Notes under the pieces: generated by a model | The model's input: the letters and a program-made list of their open reading frames with translations, nothing else | Told to the model about the DNA's origin: nothing | The model's database searches: none | Translations under genes and position numbers: made by a program | Shown: piece after piece, positions 28,057 to 37,569 of the stretch | Layout: every line of letters starts with the position of its first letter | Numbering within the stretch: position 1 is the stretch's first letter | From: a virus | Reading direction: 5' to 3' (one strand) | IMG/VR virus record: IMGVR_UViG_3300048592_000962 | Span: 32,001 to 96,000 of that record | Length of the DNA: 64,000 bases

Positions 28057-30771
28057 GTGGGTCTGGCTTACAAGCGGAGTACGACCAAAACGGCCCGTGC
28101 CTACGAGCGATCGAGGGGCATGGAACCGAATGGTGGTCTTCGGCCGAATCCCGGCGTGACTGCGCTCATGACAGTCAATCCGCGACGTGGTCGTGGTCGC
28201 GTGCGTGAGAACCCGTTCCAGTGGATCGAGGGTCGAGGGCAGCGACATCGGCACGTTTCGAAGCCCTATGCGTCGCTGGATGCGGCTCGTGGGTGGAAGA
28301 AGCGGAGTCCGGCTACCAAGGCACGTCTTTACCCCGTCGATGAACGTGGGACGATCGTCTCGCGTCCCCTCAGCTCGAAACTCACAGGAAACAGAGGGAG
28401 TAGCAGCATGGCGTACAACATCGGTGCACTCCGAAGGGCGATGCGATCGAACCCCAGGGGTACGGGCTCGTCCATGTCCGAGCACGCCTCGACGGGCGGA
28501 GTGTCGGTGCGCTCGAACGGCCGCAAGCGTCGGAAGGCGTCGCGCAAGGCGAGCCGTCGTCGCGTCAGTCGCAACCCGAAGTACGTGGTGGTGAACCGCA
28601 AGCGACGCTCGCGCAAGGCGAGTCGTCGTCGGGTGACGCGCAACAGCCGTCGTCGCCGCAGCCGCCGGACTTCGGTGCGTCGGAACAGTCGTCGTCGTCG
28701 GAGTCGTCGCACGTCGATGCGTCGCAACAGCCGTCGTCGCCGCAGCCGCCGGACTTCGGTGCGTCGGAACAGCCGTCGTCGTCGGAGTCGTCGTCGGATC
28801 TCGCGCAACCGGTCGAGCCGGTCGAGCGCGTCGACGGCGGCGTACCGCAGCGGCTACGATCGGATCTTCGGCAAGAAGAAGAGGTCGTCCAAGCCCGCGT
28901 CGGCTCGCAAGACGTCGAAGAAGAGCGGACGGAAGTCGTCGCGCCCGATTCGCACGATCGAGATCGAGGAGACGGTCACCGAGATCAAGCCGCGTCGTCG
29001 CAAGTCTTCGCGGAAGTCCTCGCGGAAGTCGTCCGCTCGCAAGTCGAGCCGTCGGTCGTCCGCCAGGGGTCGTCGTTCGTCGAGGAAGAGCGGCCGTCGG
29101 TCGCGTCGTTCCTCGAAGAAGGGCGGCTACTACTTCGGTCGTCGTCGGGTCAGCAAGCGCGGGAAGGAGTACCTCGACAAGTACATCACCCGCGGCTACA
29201 TGCCCTCGGTCGCGCCGGTGTACCGCACGGGCAAGTCTCGTTCGGGTCGCCCCGCCGTCCTCGTGTACCCGCCGGGTACGGGTCACGGTCGTCTCTCCTC
29301 GCGGAAGGGTCGTGGTCACACGTCCAAGGGTCGCGGCAAGCGTCGCGTGAGCGCTCGGGCGTACGGCGCGAGCTTCTTCGGGGCGAGGAAGCGCCGCGTG
29401 ACGGCGAACCGCCGTCGGAGCCGTCGTCGCAGGAGCCGTCCGGGTCTCTACGCGAATCGTCGGCGGAGCCGTCGTCGCCGGAGCCGTCGGTCGAGTCTGC
29501 GTCCCAACCGTCGCAGGAGCCGTCGGAGCCGTCGTCGCCTGACCCGCAACCTGCTCACGACGAGCAAGGCGCGGTTCTCGGGTTCGGGCAAGAGCCGCAA
29601 GGGTCGCCCGACGGGCAAGACGTTCCAGGTGCTGATGTACGGTCCGAAGTCCAAGACCAAGAGCGGTCGGCGGATGTCGGGCTACCCGGTCTACGTTCCG
29701 GGTCACGTCGTGGAGCGTGGTGCGGTGCGTCGCTACCGGAAGCTCGGTGGTGCGGCTCTGGACGCACATCGTCGTGCGACCAGCGCGGGATACCGCGAGA
29801 GGAAGAAGTACCCGAAGCGTCGCGGCGTGACGCGGAACAGCCGCAGGAGCAGGAGGACCAGCATGCGTCGGAACCCCAGGTACGTGGTGGTCAATCGCCG
29901 CCGTCGCAGTCGTCGAAGCAGCCGCAAGGCACGGCTTCGCAGGAACCAGACGGTGTTCGGTGCCGACCTCACGCGCGACGTGCTCAAGCCGGTCGCCGGT
30001 GGCACGGCGGGCTTCGTGGCGGCTCGTCTGCTCTCCAACGGTCTCGCCAACGTCGAGATGCTTCGCGGCATCCTCGACAAGGACAAGAGCGCGGCGGAGG
30101 CGGGCAACACGAAGATCGCGGCGAACCTGCTCGGGATCGTGGCGACGCTCGGCCTGGCCCGGAAGGTCAAGGTCATCGGCGACAACCGCGGTGCCCTCGT
30201 CACGGGCATGGGTCTCGCGCTCGCCGATCGTCTGCTCGCGAAGTTCGCGGGTGACTCGGGCTACCTCTCGGGCTTCGGCGAGTACGTCTCGCAGCCGCTC
30301 GGGGAGTACGTCTCGCAGCCGCTCGGCGCCTACGTCTCGGACCCGTCGATGGGCGAGTACGTCGACCAGCCGCTCGGCGCCTTCGAGGCGGCGGCCGGCA
30401 TGGGCACGCTGTACGCGGCGGCCGGCTACCACGAGGGCATCGATCCCGCCGATCAGGGCTCGGTCGACGGTCTCATGGACGTCATGGAAGCGGCGGCCGG
30501 CATGGGCAGCCCGATGATGTACGCGACCGCGGGCATGGGCACGCTGTACGCAGCGGCCGGCATGGGCGCCGAGGCGGATGCGGAGCTTCAGGCGTACTAC
30601 GCCAGCCAGCAGCCGCCCTTCGTCTCGACGCAGACGCCCACCGATCTCGCGCGTCCCGTCACGCACGTGATGCCCCACGACAAGCGCGTTCCGACGTCGC
30701 TCGTCACGCCCGAGGGCAAGGGCTACGCGGGTGGTCTCTTCGCGCGCAACCTCTTCGCGGGGATGTTCTGA
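28057..30771 (+). CDS. protamine-like Arg/Ser-rich core polyprotein with membrane domain and C-terminal Tyr/Gly repeats
   Basis: Tandem RRNSRRRRSRRTS[VM] units, three hydrophobic helices, EYVSQPLG/YAAAGMG repeats. Strong codon bias. Second start with a strong RBS at 28408. Confidence 0.85.
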   Translation: MGLAYKRSTTKTARAYERSRGMEPNGGLRPNPGVTALMTVNPRRGRGRVRENPFQWIEGRGQRHRHVSKPYASLDAARGWKKRSPATKARLYPVDERGTIVSRPLSSKLTGNRGSSSMAYNIGALRRAMRSNPRGTGSSMSEHASTGGVSVRSNGRKRRKASRKASRRRVSRNPKYVVVNRKRRSRKASRRRVTRNSRRRRSRRTSVRRNSRRRRSRRTSMRRNSRRRRSRRTSVRRNSRRRRSRRRISRNRSSRSSASTAAYRSGYDRIFGKKKRSSKPASARKTSKKSGRKSSRPIRTIEIEETVTEIKPRRRKSSRKSSRKSSARKSSRRSSARGRRSSRKSGRRSRRSSKKGGYYFGRRRVSKRGKEYLDKYITRGYMPSVAPVYRTGKSRSGRPAVLVYPPGTGHGRLSSRKGRGHTSKGRGKRRVSARAYGASFFGARKRRVTANRRRSRRRRSRPGLYANRRRSRRRRSRRSSLRPNRRRSRRSRRRLTRNLLTTSKARFSGSGKSRKGRPTGKTFQVLMYGPKSKTKSGRRMSGYPVYVPGHVVERGAVRRYRKLGGAALDAHRRATSAGYRERKKYPKRRGVTRNSRRSRRTSMRRNPRYVVVNRRRRSRRSSRKARLRRNQTVFGADLTRDVLKPVAGGTAGFVAARLLSNGLANVEMLRGILDKDKSAAEAGNTKIAANLLGIVATLGLARKVKVIGDNRGALVTGMGLALADRLLAKFAGDSGYLSGFGEYVSQPLGEYVSQPLGAYVSDPSMGEYVDQPLGAFEAAAGMGTLYAAAGYHEGIDPADQGSVDGLMDVMEAAAGMGSPMMYATAGMGTLYAAAGMGAEADAELQAYYASQQPPFVSTQTPTDLARPVTHVMPHDKRVPTSLVTPEGKGYAGGLFARNLFAGMF

Positions 30772-30821
30772 GTCGAGGTCTCTGACCTCTCTCTGAGCAA
30801 ACCAGATTTCGGAGCAAGCAC

Positions 30822-31565
30822 ATGGCACGTCGTCGCAGGACTCGCCGAAGCTCGCGTCACATCCGCATGAACAGCCGTCGTCGGCGTCGTCGGAGCAGCC
30901 GCCTCTCGCTGAAGATGAACCGACTCGTTCGGAACATGTTCGGGGCGGACATCGCCAAGGACGTCGTGATCCCGGTTGCGGGCGGCGTCGTGGGCTTCGT
31001 CGCCGCTCGCTACCTCGGCAACATGCTGGCGGAGAAGGGGCTGATCAGCTCCGACCCTCGTGTCGGCAAGTCGCTCGCGGCGGCGGCAGGCATCCCGGCC
31101 ACCTTCTTCCTCGCGAAGAAGAGCCCGGTGGTGTCGCGCAACAGCAACATGATCGCGCTCGGCATGGGCCTGGCGGCGGCGGAGGGGTGGCTGCGAGACA
31201 TGCCTCTGCTCGGCGGCAGCCCGGCGGCGGCGGCGTTGACCACGCCGGCTCCGGCTCCGGCTCCGACGGGTGATGGCACGTCCGGCATCGGTGCCTACTA
31301 CAGCGCGCCGATGGCTGGTCTCGCCGACTACTACTCGGAGGGGATGCTCGGCGGTCTCGGGGCCGATCCGGGCAACCAGGGCGCGGTCGAGGACGTGATG
31401 GACGCGATGGAGTCCGTTTCGACGGTGACTCCGACGGACCTGGCGATGCCGGCTCCGAATCGTCCGGAGGTGGCTCCGATCGCCGAGCCGTTCGCGGCTG
31501 GCGACAAGGGGTACGCGGGCGGCTTGTTCGCGCGCAACCTCTTCTCGGGGATGTACGGATCCTGA
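30822..31565 (+). CDS. short paralog of the core protein
   Basis: FGADIAKDVVIPVAGG..GFVAAR and KGYAGGLFARNLF are shared with the previous gene. Confidence 0.85.
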   Translation: MARRRRTRRSSRHIRMNSRRRRRRSSRLSLKMNRLVRNMFGADIAKDVVIPVAGGVVGFVAARYLGNMLAEKGLISSDPRVGKSLAAAAGIPATFFLAKKSPVVSRNSNMIALGMGLAAAEGWLRDMPLLGGSPAAAALTTPAPAPAPTGDGTSGIGAYYSAPMAGLADYYSEGMLGGLGADPGNQGAVEDVMDAMESVSTVTPTDLAMPAPNRPEVAPIAEPFAAGDKGYAGGLFARNLFSGMYGS

Positions 31566-31568
31566 ACT

Positions 31569-31740
31569 TCTCGTACCCCGATAGCCGACGGGTGAAAGCC
31601 TCCTACCGCTGGGAGGTTTCGGGGTGCGGGACGGCCACTCAAGGTGAGTGGATCGTCTAAATCAGCGGGAAAGTCGCAGCGAGCGGATTGCGGCGAGAAC
31701 CCAGGGGAAGAAACCCAAAGGGAGCCCTGGGGGAAGAAGG
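31569..31740 (+). promoter_or_regulatory. structured 5' leader of the putative capsid gene
   Basis: Nested and tandem stems: tctcgtaccccga/tcggggtgcggga, ccactc/gagtgg, cccaggg/ccctggg. Confidence 0.5.
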
Positions 31741-31746
31741 AAAGCA

Positions 31747-32529
31747 ATGCCGAAGATCGTGGGTACCAGGGAGCGCGTTCATCAGCCGTTCTACGATTCG
31801 CTCATCCGAGTCGATGGGTCGGGTGACCTTCGCCAGGGCAACGTCGGCGTGTTCGGCGCCGTTCAGAGCCGCAGCCAGCTCTTCGTTCGTCAGGGTGCCG
31901 ACGTCGCCGTCAGCAACCTCACGACCGGTGGCTTCTTCCCGTCGGATCAGACGTTCGTCACGCTCGCGGTTCGCGTGTGGACGTACTTCCGGTTCAACGT
32001 GGAGTCGCAGCGCACGAACGCGCAGAACGTGACGGGTCCCGTCGCGTCGCTCGCGGGCGTGACGACCGACCGCATCCAGCGCGTCCACAAGCTCTACCAC
32101 CAGGCGGAGAACCAGCTCTTCTGGCAGTTCATCGCCGGTGACAAGCCGCAGCTGACGACCTTCACCGCCTACACCCCGGCGGCCGGTGGTCTCGACGGCT
32201 TCTTCGCGGACACGCGCCTGCCGCGTGCGAACAACGGCGTTCCGACCAGCGCGGCGCTCATGCGTCTCGCGCGTCCGATCCTCGTCCCGCCGCGTCAGGG
32301 CTTCCAGGTCGTGGCGATCGCCTCGCCCATCGGCCAGGCGCAGGGTGCGTCCATCATCGACCAGCTGAACGGCGCGGTCCCGAACAACGACCCGTGGGGC
32401 GCCGCCTCGACGGGTGGCACCGTGACGGGCACCGTCGGCACCGACGGTCTCACGACCACGGGCAAGGACGACATCGAGAAGGACATCAAGTACCTGATCG
32501 ATGGCATCCACTCGCGCGACGTGCTCTGA
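31747..32529 (+). CDS. probable major capsid protein (beta-rich, jelly-roll-like)
   Basis: 260 aa with extreme codon bias and no TM. Last gene before a terminator, downstream of the core proteins. QPFYDS..SNL..G.FP..F pattern. Fold is inferred. Confidence 0.6.
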   Translation: MPKIVGTRERVHQPFYDSLIRVDGSGDLRQGNVGVFGAVQSRSQLFVRQGADVAVSNLTTGGFFPSDQTFVTLAVRVWTYFRFNVESQRTNAQNVTGPVASLAGVTTDRIQRVHKLYHQAENQLFWQFIAGDKPQLTTFTAYTPAAGGLDGFFADTRLPRANNGVPTSAALMRLARPILVPPRQGFQVVAIASPIGQAQGASIIDQLNGAVPNNDPWGAASTGGTVTGTVGTDGLTTTGKDDIEKDIKYLIDGIHSRDVL

Positions 32530-32556
32530 GAGAGCGCGGTCGTAGCCGCAACGCCT

Positions 32557-32593
32557 AGGCCCGCACTCCGAAAGGGGTGCGGGCTTCTGCTTT
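32557..32593 (+). terminator. intrinsic terminator
   Basis: aggcccgcactcc-GAAA-ggggtgcgggctt followed by a T-rich tail. Confidence 0.8.
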
Positions 32594-32606
32594 CCGTCGC
32601 AGGCTC

Positions 32607-32635
32607 TTGACGACCTTCCCGAATCGATGTAGCAC
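32607..32635 (+). promoter_or_regulatory. promoter TTGACG-N17-TAGCAC
   Basis: 7 nt upstream of GTG 32643. Confidence 0.45.
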
Positions 32636-32642
32636 CAGTCTG

Positions 32643-33863
32643 GTGCGCGACGCTGCGGCTGCTTGTCTATTGGGAGCGATTTACGGCGACGGAAGCCTCG
32701 AAGACCGAACGTCTTCGGTCAAGGTTGCGGTGAGCGCTGACATTAGAAAGCGACCCGCATGGTCCGGTCACATCATCGCCCTGTTTGAGCGCGTTCTCGG
32801 AGAGCCGCCTCTTCAATCGCGCCGCACTGCAACTCCTCATTTTGTCGAGCATTACCTTCACTTGCCGGCGGAACGGGTGTGGGACACGTTTGGTGTCACC
32901 AGCAAGTATGTGCCGGGTTATCCTCCGCGGCTCGAAGATGGCACCTCGAACCCTGATTCGCGTAAGCGTACGCCGCCGGAATGGGTCGAGATGTATGCAG
33001 GTAGATTCGCGCTTGGTCTTGTCGAGACGGACGGCTGGTTTCTTCCGCGCAGGGACAGGCGTTGCGATTCTTCTCGCTACGAGTTTGGGTTTGCGCAGAA
33101 GGACGAGATGTTAGCGTTGTGGATGTGGACACGTCTGGTTTCGATTGGTGTTCATGCGGGTTTTGGGTGGGGTCGAGGTAGCGGGACGTGGTGGACGCGA
33201 GTGAGTCGACAGGATCAGCTCAGCGTCGTCGCTGACTGGCTCGGCTCGCCATGTGCCAAGTGGGATGAGATATCACAGTTCGTAAACCCCGGCGTGTCTC
33301 CCGAGGCGCCTGACTTTGTAGCGGACCAGTGGCGCCTACTTCGAGCGCGGGAGCTGTTTGAGCGCAACAGAGTGCACGAAGAGCGGCCTGGTGAATACGA
33401 GTCGCCTTCGCGCGCTGGTGTCGGGTCATATATGCGTCGCGCAGATGCTGTTTTGACGTACGGCGAGGCGCGTTCGATTGTTCTTTCCATGCGCCATAGG
33501 CCGCGAACGCGCCTAGAATACTTGCGCGTTGCTTCCGACCATGGATTGCCGACACAGCCGGAGAAGCAGTGGCCGGAGGAGTGGTTGAGATACGGCGGTT
33601 ATCCAGGTTTTCTTGACCCGGAGTTCGTCCGCATCGAACCGCACTGGGTGTCAGCAGAGGCCGCTCGTCGCACTCTCGGCATCGGGCACTCCGTCTGGAA
33701 GAGACTTGTTGCAGACCTAAAGCCTGCCGGATCAGTCGCACACAAGATGTTCTACGACCCTTCCGTTCTCGGTGACCACCTTTTGTCCGTTGCGGACTCT
33801 AGGATGCGCCGAGCGGACGCTGTGCGGCTAGCGTCGCAGATCGGAAGTCTCTGTGCGACGTAA
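32643..33863 (+). CDS. LAGLIDADG homing-endonuclease-like protein with C-terminal DNA-binding repeat
   Basis: Two motifs, LLGAIYGDGS and ALGLVETDGW; C-terminal YGEAR..GLPTQPEK..W..GYPGFL. Confidence 0.75.
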   Translation: MRDAAAACLLGAIYGDGSLEDRTSSVKVAVSADIRKRPAWSGHIIALFERVLGEPPLQSRRTATPHFVEHYLHLPAERVWDTFGVTSKYVPGYPPRLEDGTSNPDSRKRTPPEWVEMYAGRFALGLVETDGWFLPRRDRRCDSSRYEFGFAQKDEMLALWMWTRLVSIGVHAGFGWGRGSGTWWTRVSRQDQLSVVADWLGSPCAKWDEISQFVNPGVSPEAPDFVADQWRLLRARELFERNRVHEERPGEYESPSRAGVGSYMRRADAVLTYGEARSIVLSMRHRPRTRLEYLRVASDHGLPTQPEKQWPEEWLRYGGYPGFLDPEFVRIEPHWVSAEAARRTLGIGHSVWKRLVADLKPAGSVAHKMFYDPSVLGDHLLSVADSRMRRADAVRLASQIGSLCAT

Positions 33864-35070
33864 GTTGTACATCGACAGCGATGTGCTGTCCGAGGCGCGC
33901 AATCGAGTATCCGCGACGTTCGACGAGTTTGAGAAAGTCTACGTCTCGTTCTCAGGAGGCAAAGACTCAACAGTCATGCTCGACATCGTAGCCACGGAGG
34001 CGAGGCTCCGCGGAAGGCGCTTCGGACTACTGTTTGTCGATCTTGAGGCACAGTACACGGCAACCATTGCTTTCGCAGAGTCACGCTTTGCTGCGTACGC
34101 AGACGTTGCGGACCCATTCTGGGTGGCCCTTCCACTGTCGCTCAGAAATGCCGTGAGCGTGCTGGAACACAAGTGGACGTGCTGGGACCATAGGGCGAAA
34201 GACAGGTGGGTCCGAAATCCACCGCATTTCGCAATCACAGACGAATCGCATTACGACTGGTTTCGACACGGCATGGAGTTCGAGGATTTCATCGTCGAGT
34301 GGGCTAAATGGTACTCAGGTCGGTGCTTTACGGCCTGCCTTGTCGGAATACGCACTGACGAGTCTATCAACAGGTTTCGAACCATCATGTCGGACACCAA
34401 AGGCACTCACGGCGGTAAGCCGTGGTCGACACAAGTGCCCGGCACGAACGTGTACAACGTGTATCCGATATACGATTGGAGTACGGCAGACATCTGGACC
34501 TATCACGCAAAGATGCGAGTTCCGTACAACCCTGTATACGACATGATGCATGCGGCAGGCTTGTCGCCGTCTCAGATGAGGATTTGTCAGCCATATGGAG
34601 ACGATCAGCGCAGGGGCCTGTGGCTGTATCACGTACTTGAGCCGGACACATGGACGCGCGTAGTGGCCAGGGTGGCTGGAGCAAACTTTGGCGCAGAATC
34701 GTCCCGTGCCCGCGGGAACATCAATGGTGTGGGGCGCGTCCAACTTCCAGAGGGCCATACCTGGCAGAGTTACGCGACGATGTTGGTGGAGAGCATGCCG
34801 CCGCACATGGCAGAGCACTACCGAACAAAGATCGGCGTATTTCTGAGGTGGTATGCCGATAAAGGCGGGTACGCCGACGGCATTCCGGATGAGGCTGACA
34901 GGACCGACGAGGCAGAGAAGAGAGCGCCATCTTGGAGAAGGGTCTGCAAGGCCATTCTTAGGAACGACTACTGGTGCAAGTCGTTGGGGTTTTCGCAGCA
35001 CAAGTCGGGCGCCTACGAGTCATACCTGCAACGCATGAGGGATCGGAGAATGCAATGGGCGACATCGTAG
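33853..35070 (+). CDS. PAPS-reductase-like/DUF3440 protein (IbrA/YbdN family)
   Basis: VSFSGGKDS PP-loop, LVGIRTDES, YPIYDW, MRICQPYGDDQRRGL, ILRNDYWC. Confidence 0.9.
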   Translation: MRRKLYIDSDVLSEARNRVSATFDEFEKVYVSFSGGKDSTVMLDIVATEARLRGRRFGLLFVDLEAQYTATIAFAESRFAAYADVADPFWVALPLSLRNAVSVLEHKWTCWDHRAKDRWVRNPPHFAITDESHYDWFRHGMEFEDFIVEWAKWYSGRCFTACLVGIRTDESINRFRTIMSDTKGTHGGKPWSTQVPGTNVYNVYPIYDWSTADIWTYHAKMRVPYNPVYDMMHAAGLSPSQMRICQPYGDDQRRGLWLYHVLEPDTWTRVVARVAGANFGAESSRARGNINGVGRVQLPEGHTWQSYATMLVESMPPHMAEHYRTKIGVFLRWYADKGGYADGIPDEADRTDEAEKRAPSWRRVCKAILRNDYWCKSLGFSQHKSGAYESYLQRMRDRRMQWATS

Positions 35071-35690
35071 CTCGGGCACGCAAGTTGTTTGCTGAACTTG
35101 ACGCGATGGATCTCGATGAGCGCGTGGAGTCGATCAACGCGATTCGTGAGGCGCTTGCGGAGAGGTCGCCATTTGCGAGCCACCCGGTTGACCTTGTCCG
35201 ATGGGTCCGAGCGACCGATGTGGTTGCGAACAGCTACAACCCGAACACCGTGGCGCCACCAGAGATGGAGCTTCTGCGTTTGTCGATCGAGTCCGATGGT
35301 TACACGCAGCCTGTCGTCGCGAACAGAGAGGCGACCGGTTACGAGGTGGTTGACGGGTTTCACCGGTCGAAGGTTGGCAAGGAGTCCGTCTCTGTAAAGC
35401 AGGCGACGCTGGGGTACTTGCCGGTCGTTCAGATCCGTGCGTCGAGGGGAGGCGTACACGATCGGATGGCCGCAACCATTCGGCATAACAGGGCCAGGGG
35501 CAAGCACGGTGTCACGGAGATGTCAGCCATCGTGCTGGACCTGACGAGGCGAGGCTGGTCGTCGGCCAAGGTGGCGAAAGAGCTTGGGATGGATCCGGAC
35601 GAGGTTCTTCGGCTCAAACAGATTACTGGCTTGGCAGAGCTTTTTGCGGACAGGGAGTTCTCGAAGGCATGGATTCCTTCGGATGAGTAG
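35055..35690 (+). CDS. ParB-like protein (IbrB/YbdM family)
   Basis: NSYNPNTVAPPEM, DGYTQPVV, VVDGFHR, ATIRHNRARG, ELGMDPDEVLRLKQITG. Confidence 0.9.
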   Translation: MGDIVARARKLFAELDAMDLDERVESINAIREALAERSPFASHPVDLVRWVRATDVVANSYNPNTVAPPEMELLRLSIESDGYTQPVVANREATGYEVVDGFHRSKVGKESVSVKQATLGYLPVVQIRASRGGVHDRMAATIRHNRARGKHGVTEMSAIVLDLTRRGWSSAKVAKELGMDPDEVLRLKQITGLAELFADREFSKAWIPSDE

Positions 35691-35699
35691 CGTGCGCGC

Positions 35700-35729
35700 T
35701 TGACCCTGAGATCGCCTCCGTCGTACGAT
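35700..35729 (+). promoter_or_regulatory. promoter TTGACC-N18-TACGAT
   Basis: Restarts transcription after the inserted cassette. Confidence 0.65.
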
Positions 35730-35812
35730 TGGGGTCACCAAATCGTGTGTGGGTGAGCCGGGACTGAAGCGGGCGATGAGTTCGCGGAGGCGAGGCTCCT
35801 CTGGAGGCGAAG

Positions 35813-36736
35813 ATGAACGACGATCCGCAGTTGGCCGCCTACCTTCGTAGGATGGGTGAGCAGCACGAGAGAATGCAGGCGCAGATCGCTGCGCTATCGA
35901 AGCGTACGGGCGCGCTGCTCTCGAAGTCCGAAGAAGACCGGATGGAGATGTCTCGTCTCCAGAAGGCGCTGAAGAAGGCCAGCGATCGCATTCGCTACGT
36001 CGAGGACATCCCCGGCAAGCGCGTGCCGTACTTCATGAACTTCGAGATCAACATTCCGGGACCGACGTCCCCGTCGTTGAATCTCGCCGGTCAGCGGCTC
36101 AGCGACACCAAGCAGGTGTCGATGGATGGCCCGTTCGTGTGCACGTCCTATCAGGCGTCGTTCCTGATGAAGACCTACTCGATCGGTCCGTACGGCGACG
36201 AGGAGTCGGGGCGTCCGAACGATCCTCCGGCGGGCACGGAGGTCACCACGCCGCTCTCCGGTCGCCTGCGACCGGTGGCGAGTACGTCCGATCCGTTCGC
36301 GGGCGCCTACATCGGCCCGCGCGTCGGTCCGGTCAGCATCGCGGGTGCGCAGACGGCGCAGACGTTGCGTCCGGGCGTGATCGACTTCTTGTTCGAGATC
36401 GCGGACGAGGGCGTGGACCGGCTTCGGCAGAACCAGGTCCCGACGCCGTCGAGGTACCTGTACAGCGAGTTCGATCGCCCGTACTACCTGCCCGTCAGCG
36501 ACTTCTTCGAGCGCGGCTCCTCGATCCGATTCGCCGCCACCCTCACGCGCGACCTCGGCTACGTCGAGATCAACTCCACGTTGCTCCCGAACGGGTTCGT
36601 GGAGACGAGCGTGACGCCGCCGCCCGATCCGGCCGCGACGGGTGACGTCGGCCGGCTCGTGTGCGCGGTCGGTGGTACGCTCTACTTCAGCATGGTCGGC
36701 TACAAGATCCTCCAGGCGCAGAGCCCGGCGGTCTGA
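35813..36736 (+). CDS. putative minor capsid/vertex protein (N-terminal coil plus beta-rich domain)
   Basis: Strong codon bias. PYYLPV..SSIRF..LYFSMVGYK parallels the C-terminus of the capsid candidate. Confidence 0.55.
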   Translation: MNDDPQLAAYLRRMGEQHERMQAQIAALSKRTGALLSKSEEDRMEMSRLQKALKKASDRIRYVEDIPGKRVPYFMNFEINIPGPTSPSLNLAGQRLSDTKQVSMDGPFVCTSYQASFLMKTYSIGPYGDEESGRPNDPPAGTEVTTPLSGRLRPVASTSDPFAGAYIGPRVGPVSIAGAQTAQTLRPGVIDFLFEIADEGVDRLRQNQVPTPSRYLYSEFDRPYYLPVSDFFERGSSIRFAATLTRDLGYVEINSTLLPNGFVETSVTPPPDPAATGDVGRLVCAVGGTLYFSMVGYKILQAQSPAV

Positions 36737-36753
36737 CCGGTTGAGGTCCAGTC

Positions 36754-37437
36754 ATGTCGAGCACACCCAGGGGTAACACGAGCGCTCAGCCGGGCGCGCC
36801 GTTGCCGCAGAGTCGTCCGGGAGGCAAGGTCGATCCCGTCAGGATCGTCAACGGCTTCACCGCGACGCTCCCTGGGCGCTCGCGCCTTTTCTTCCAGCGA
36901 CAGTTCTTCGCGGACTGTCCTCGTCCGATCCAGATTTCGGGCCCGCCGGGCTTCCCTCGACAGGTGCCCATCGTCAGCTTTGAGCTGCCGAAACGCCAGT
37001 CACTCGTCATCCGTCGCGTGGACTTCAAGGCGTTCGAGAGCGGCGGCATTGGGCCCAACGACATCTCCGAGGTGCCCTACGGCCGGTCGATCGGAACACT
37101 CGCGTTCCAGTTCGCAGTCGGCAATCGCGGGCTCACCGACAGCCTCACGAACCTTCCCGTGCAGGGCATCCCGGTGCAGTACACGGTCGCGCAGGTCGGC
37201 GGCCCCGTGGCGCCCATCACGCCCTCGGGCAACGTCAAGCAGGGCACGGGCGTCGCGACGCCCGATGCGCGACAGGACATGTTCGCGGGGTACGGCATGC
37301 CCGGCGACCTCGTCACCGCCACCGCCCTCGTCCTGAGGCCACCGGACTTCGACTGCCGATTCTTCCAGGTCTACATCGAAGGCTGGCTCGCGGACGAAAA
37401 GGAGCTTCAGGCGATCATCGACATGATTTCTGGCTGA
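36754..37437 (+). CDS. putative beta-rich structural protein
   Basis: Strong codon bias; ends QVYIEGWL. Confidence 0.55.
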   Translation: MSSTPRGNTSAQPGAPLPQSRPGGKVDPVRIVNGFTATLPGRSRLFFQRQFFADCPRPIQISGPPGFPRQVPIVSFELPKRQSLVIRRVDFKAFESGGIGPNDISEVPYGRSIGTLAFQFAVGNRGLTDSLTNLPVQGIPVQYTVAQVGGPVAPITPSGNVKQGTGVATPDARQDMFAGYGMPGDLVTATALVLRPPDFDCRFFQVYIEGWLADEKELQAIIDMISG

Positions 37438-37569
37438 CAGCGAACGAACGCGGGGCCGGTGCCCTTGGCCCGACGAACTCGACTAAACGGGAACCTCGGG
37501 CCACTGGCGCCCAGCCCATCAGCAGCAGGGGTACCGTCCTCGCGTTCGTTCGCTGTCTGAAGGTGATGC

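Noticed and set aside
27985-30828. 947-aa minus-strand ORF (likewise 12631-15105, 17755-19077, 19784-21193 and 5286-6851)
   Set aside because: Antisense shadows of codon-biased high-GC genes, with no motifs or RBS.
34501-34731. Both spacers of unit 48020 (tatcacgca, aatggtgtg) occur in the IbrA-like gene at 34501 and 34723
   Set aside because: They are on the same strand and 222 bp apart, not adjacent on opposite strands as TIGR targeting needs. 9-mer matches are expected by chance. I found no convincing self-target by eye.
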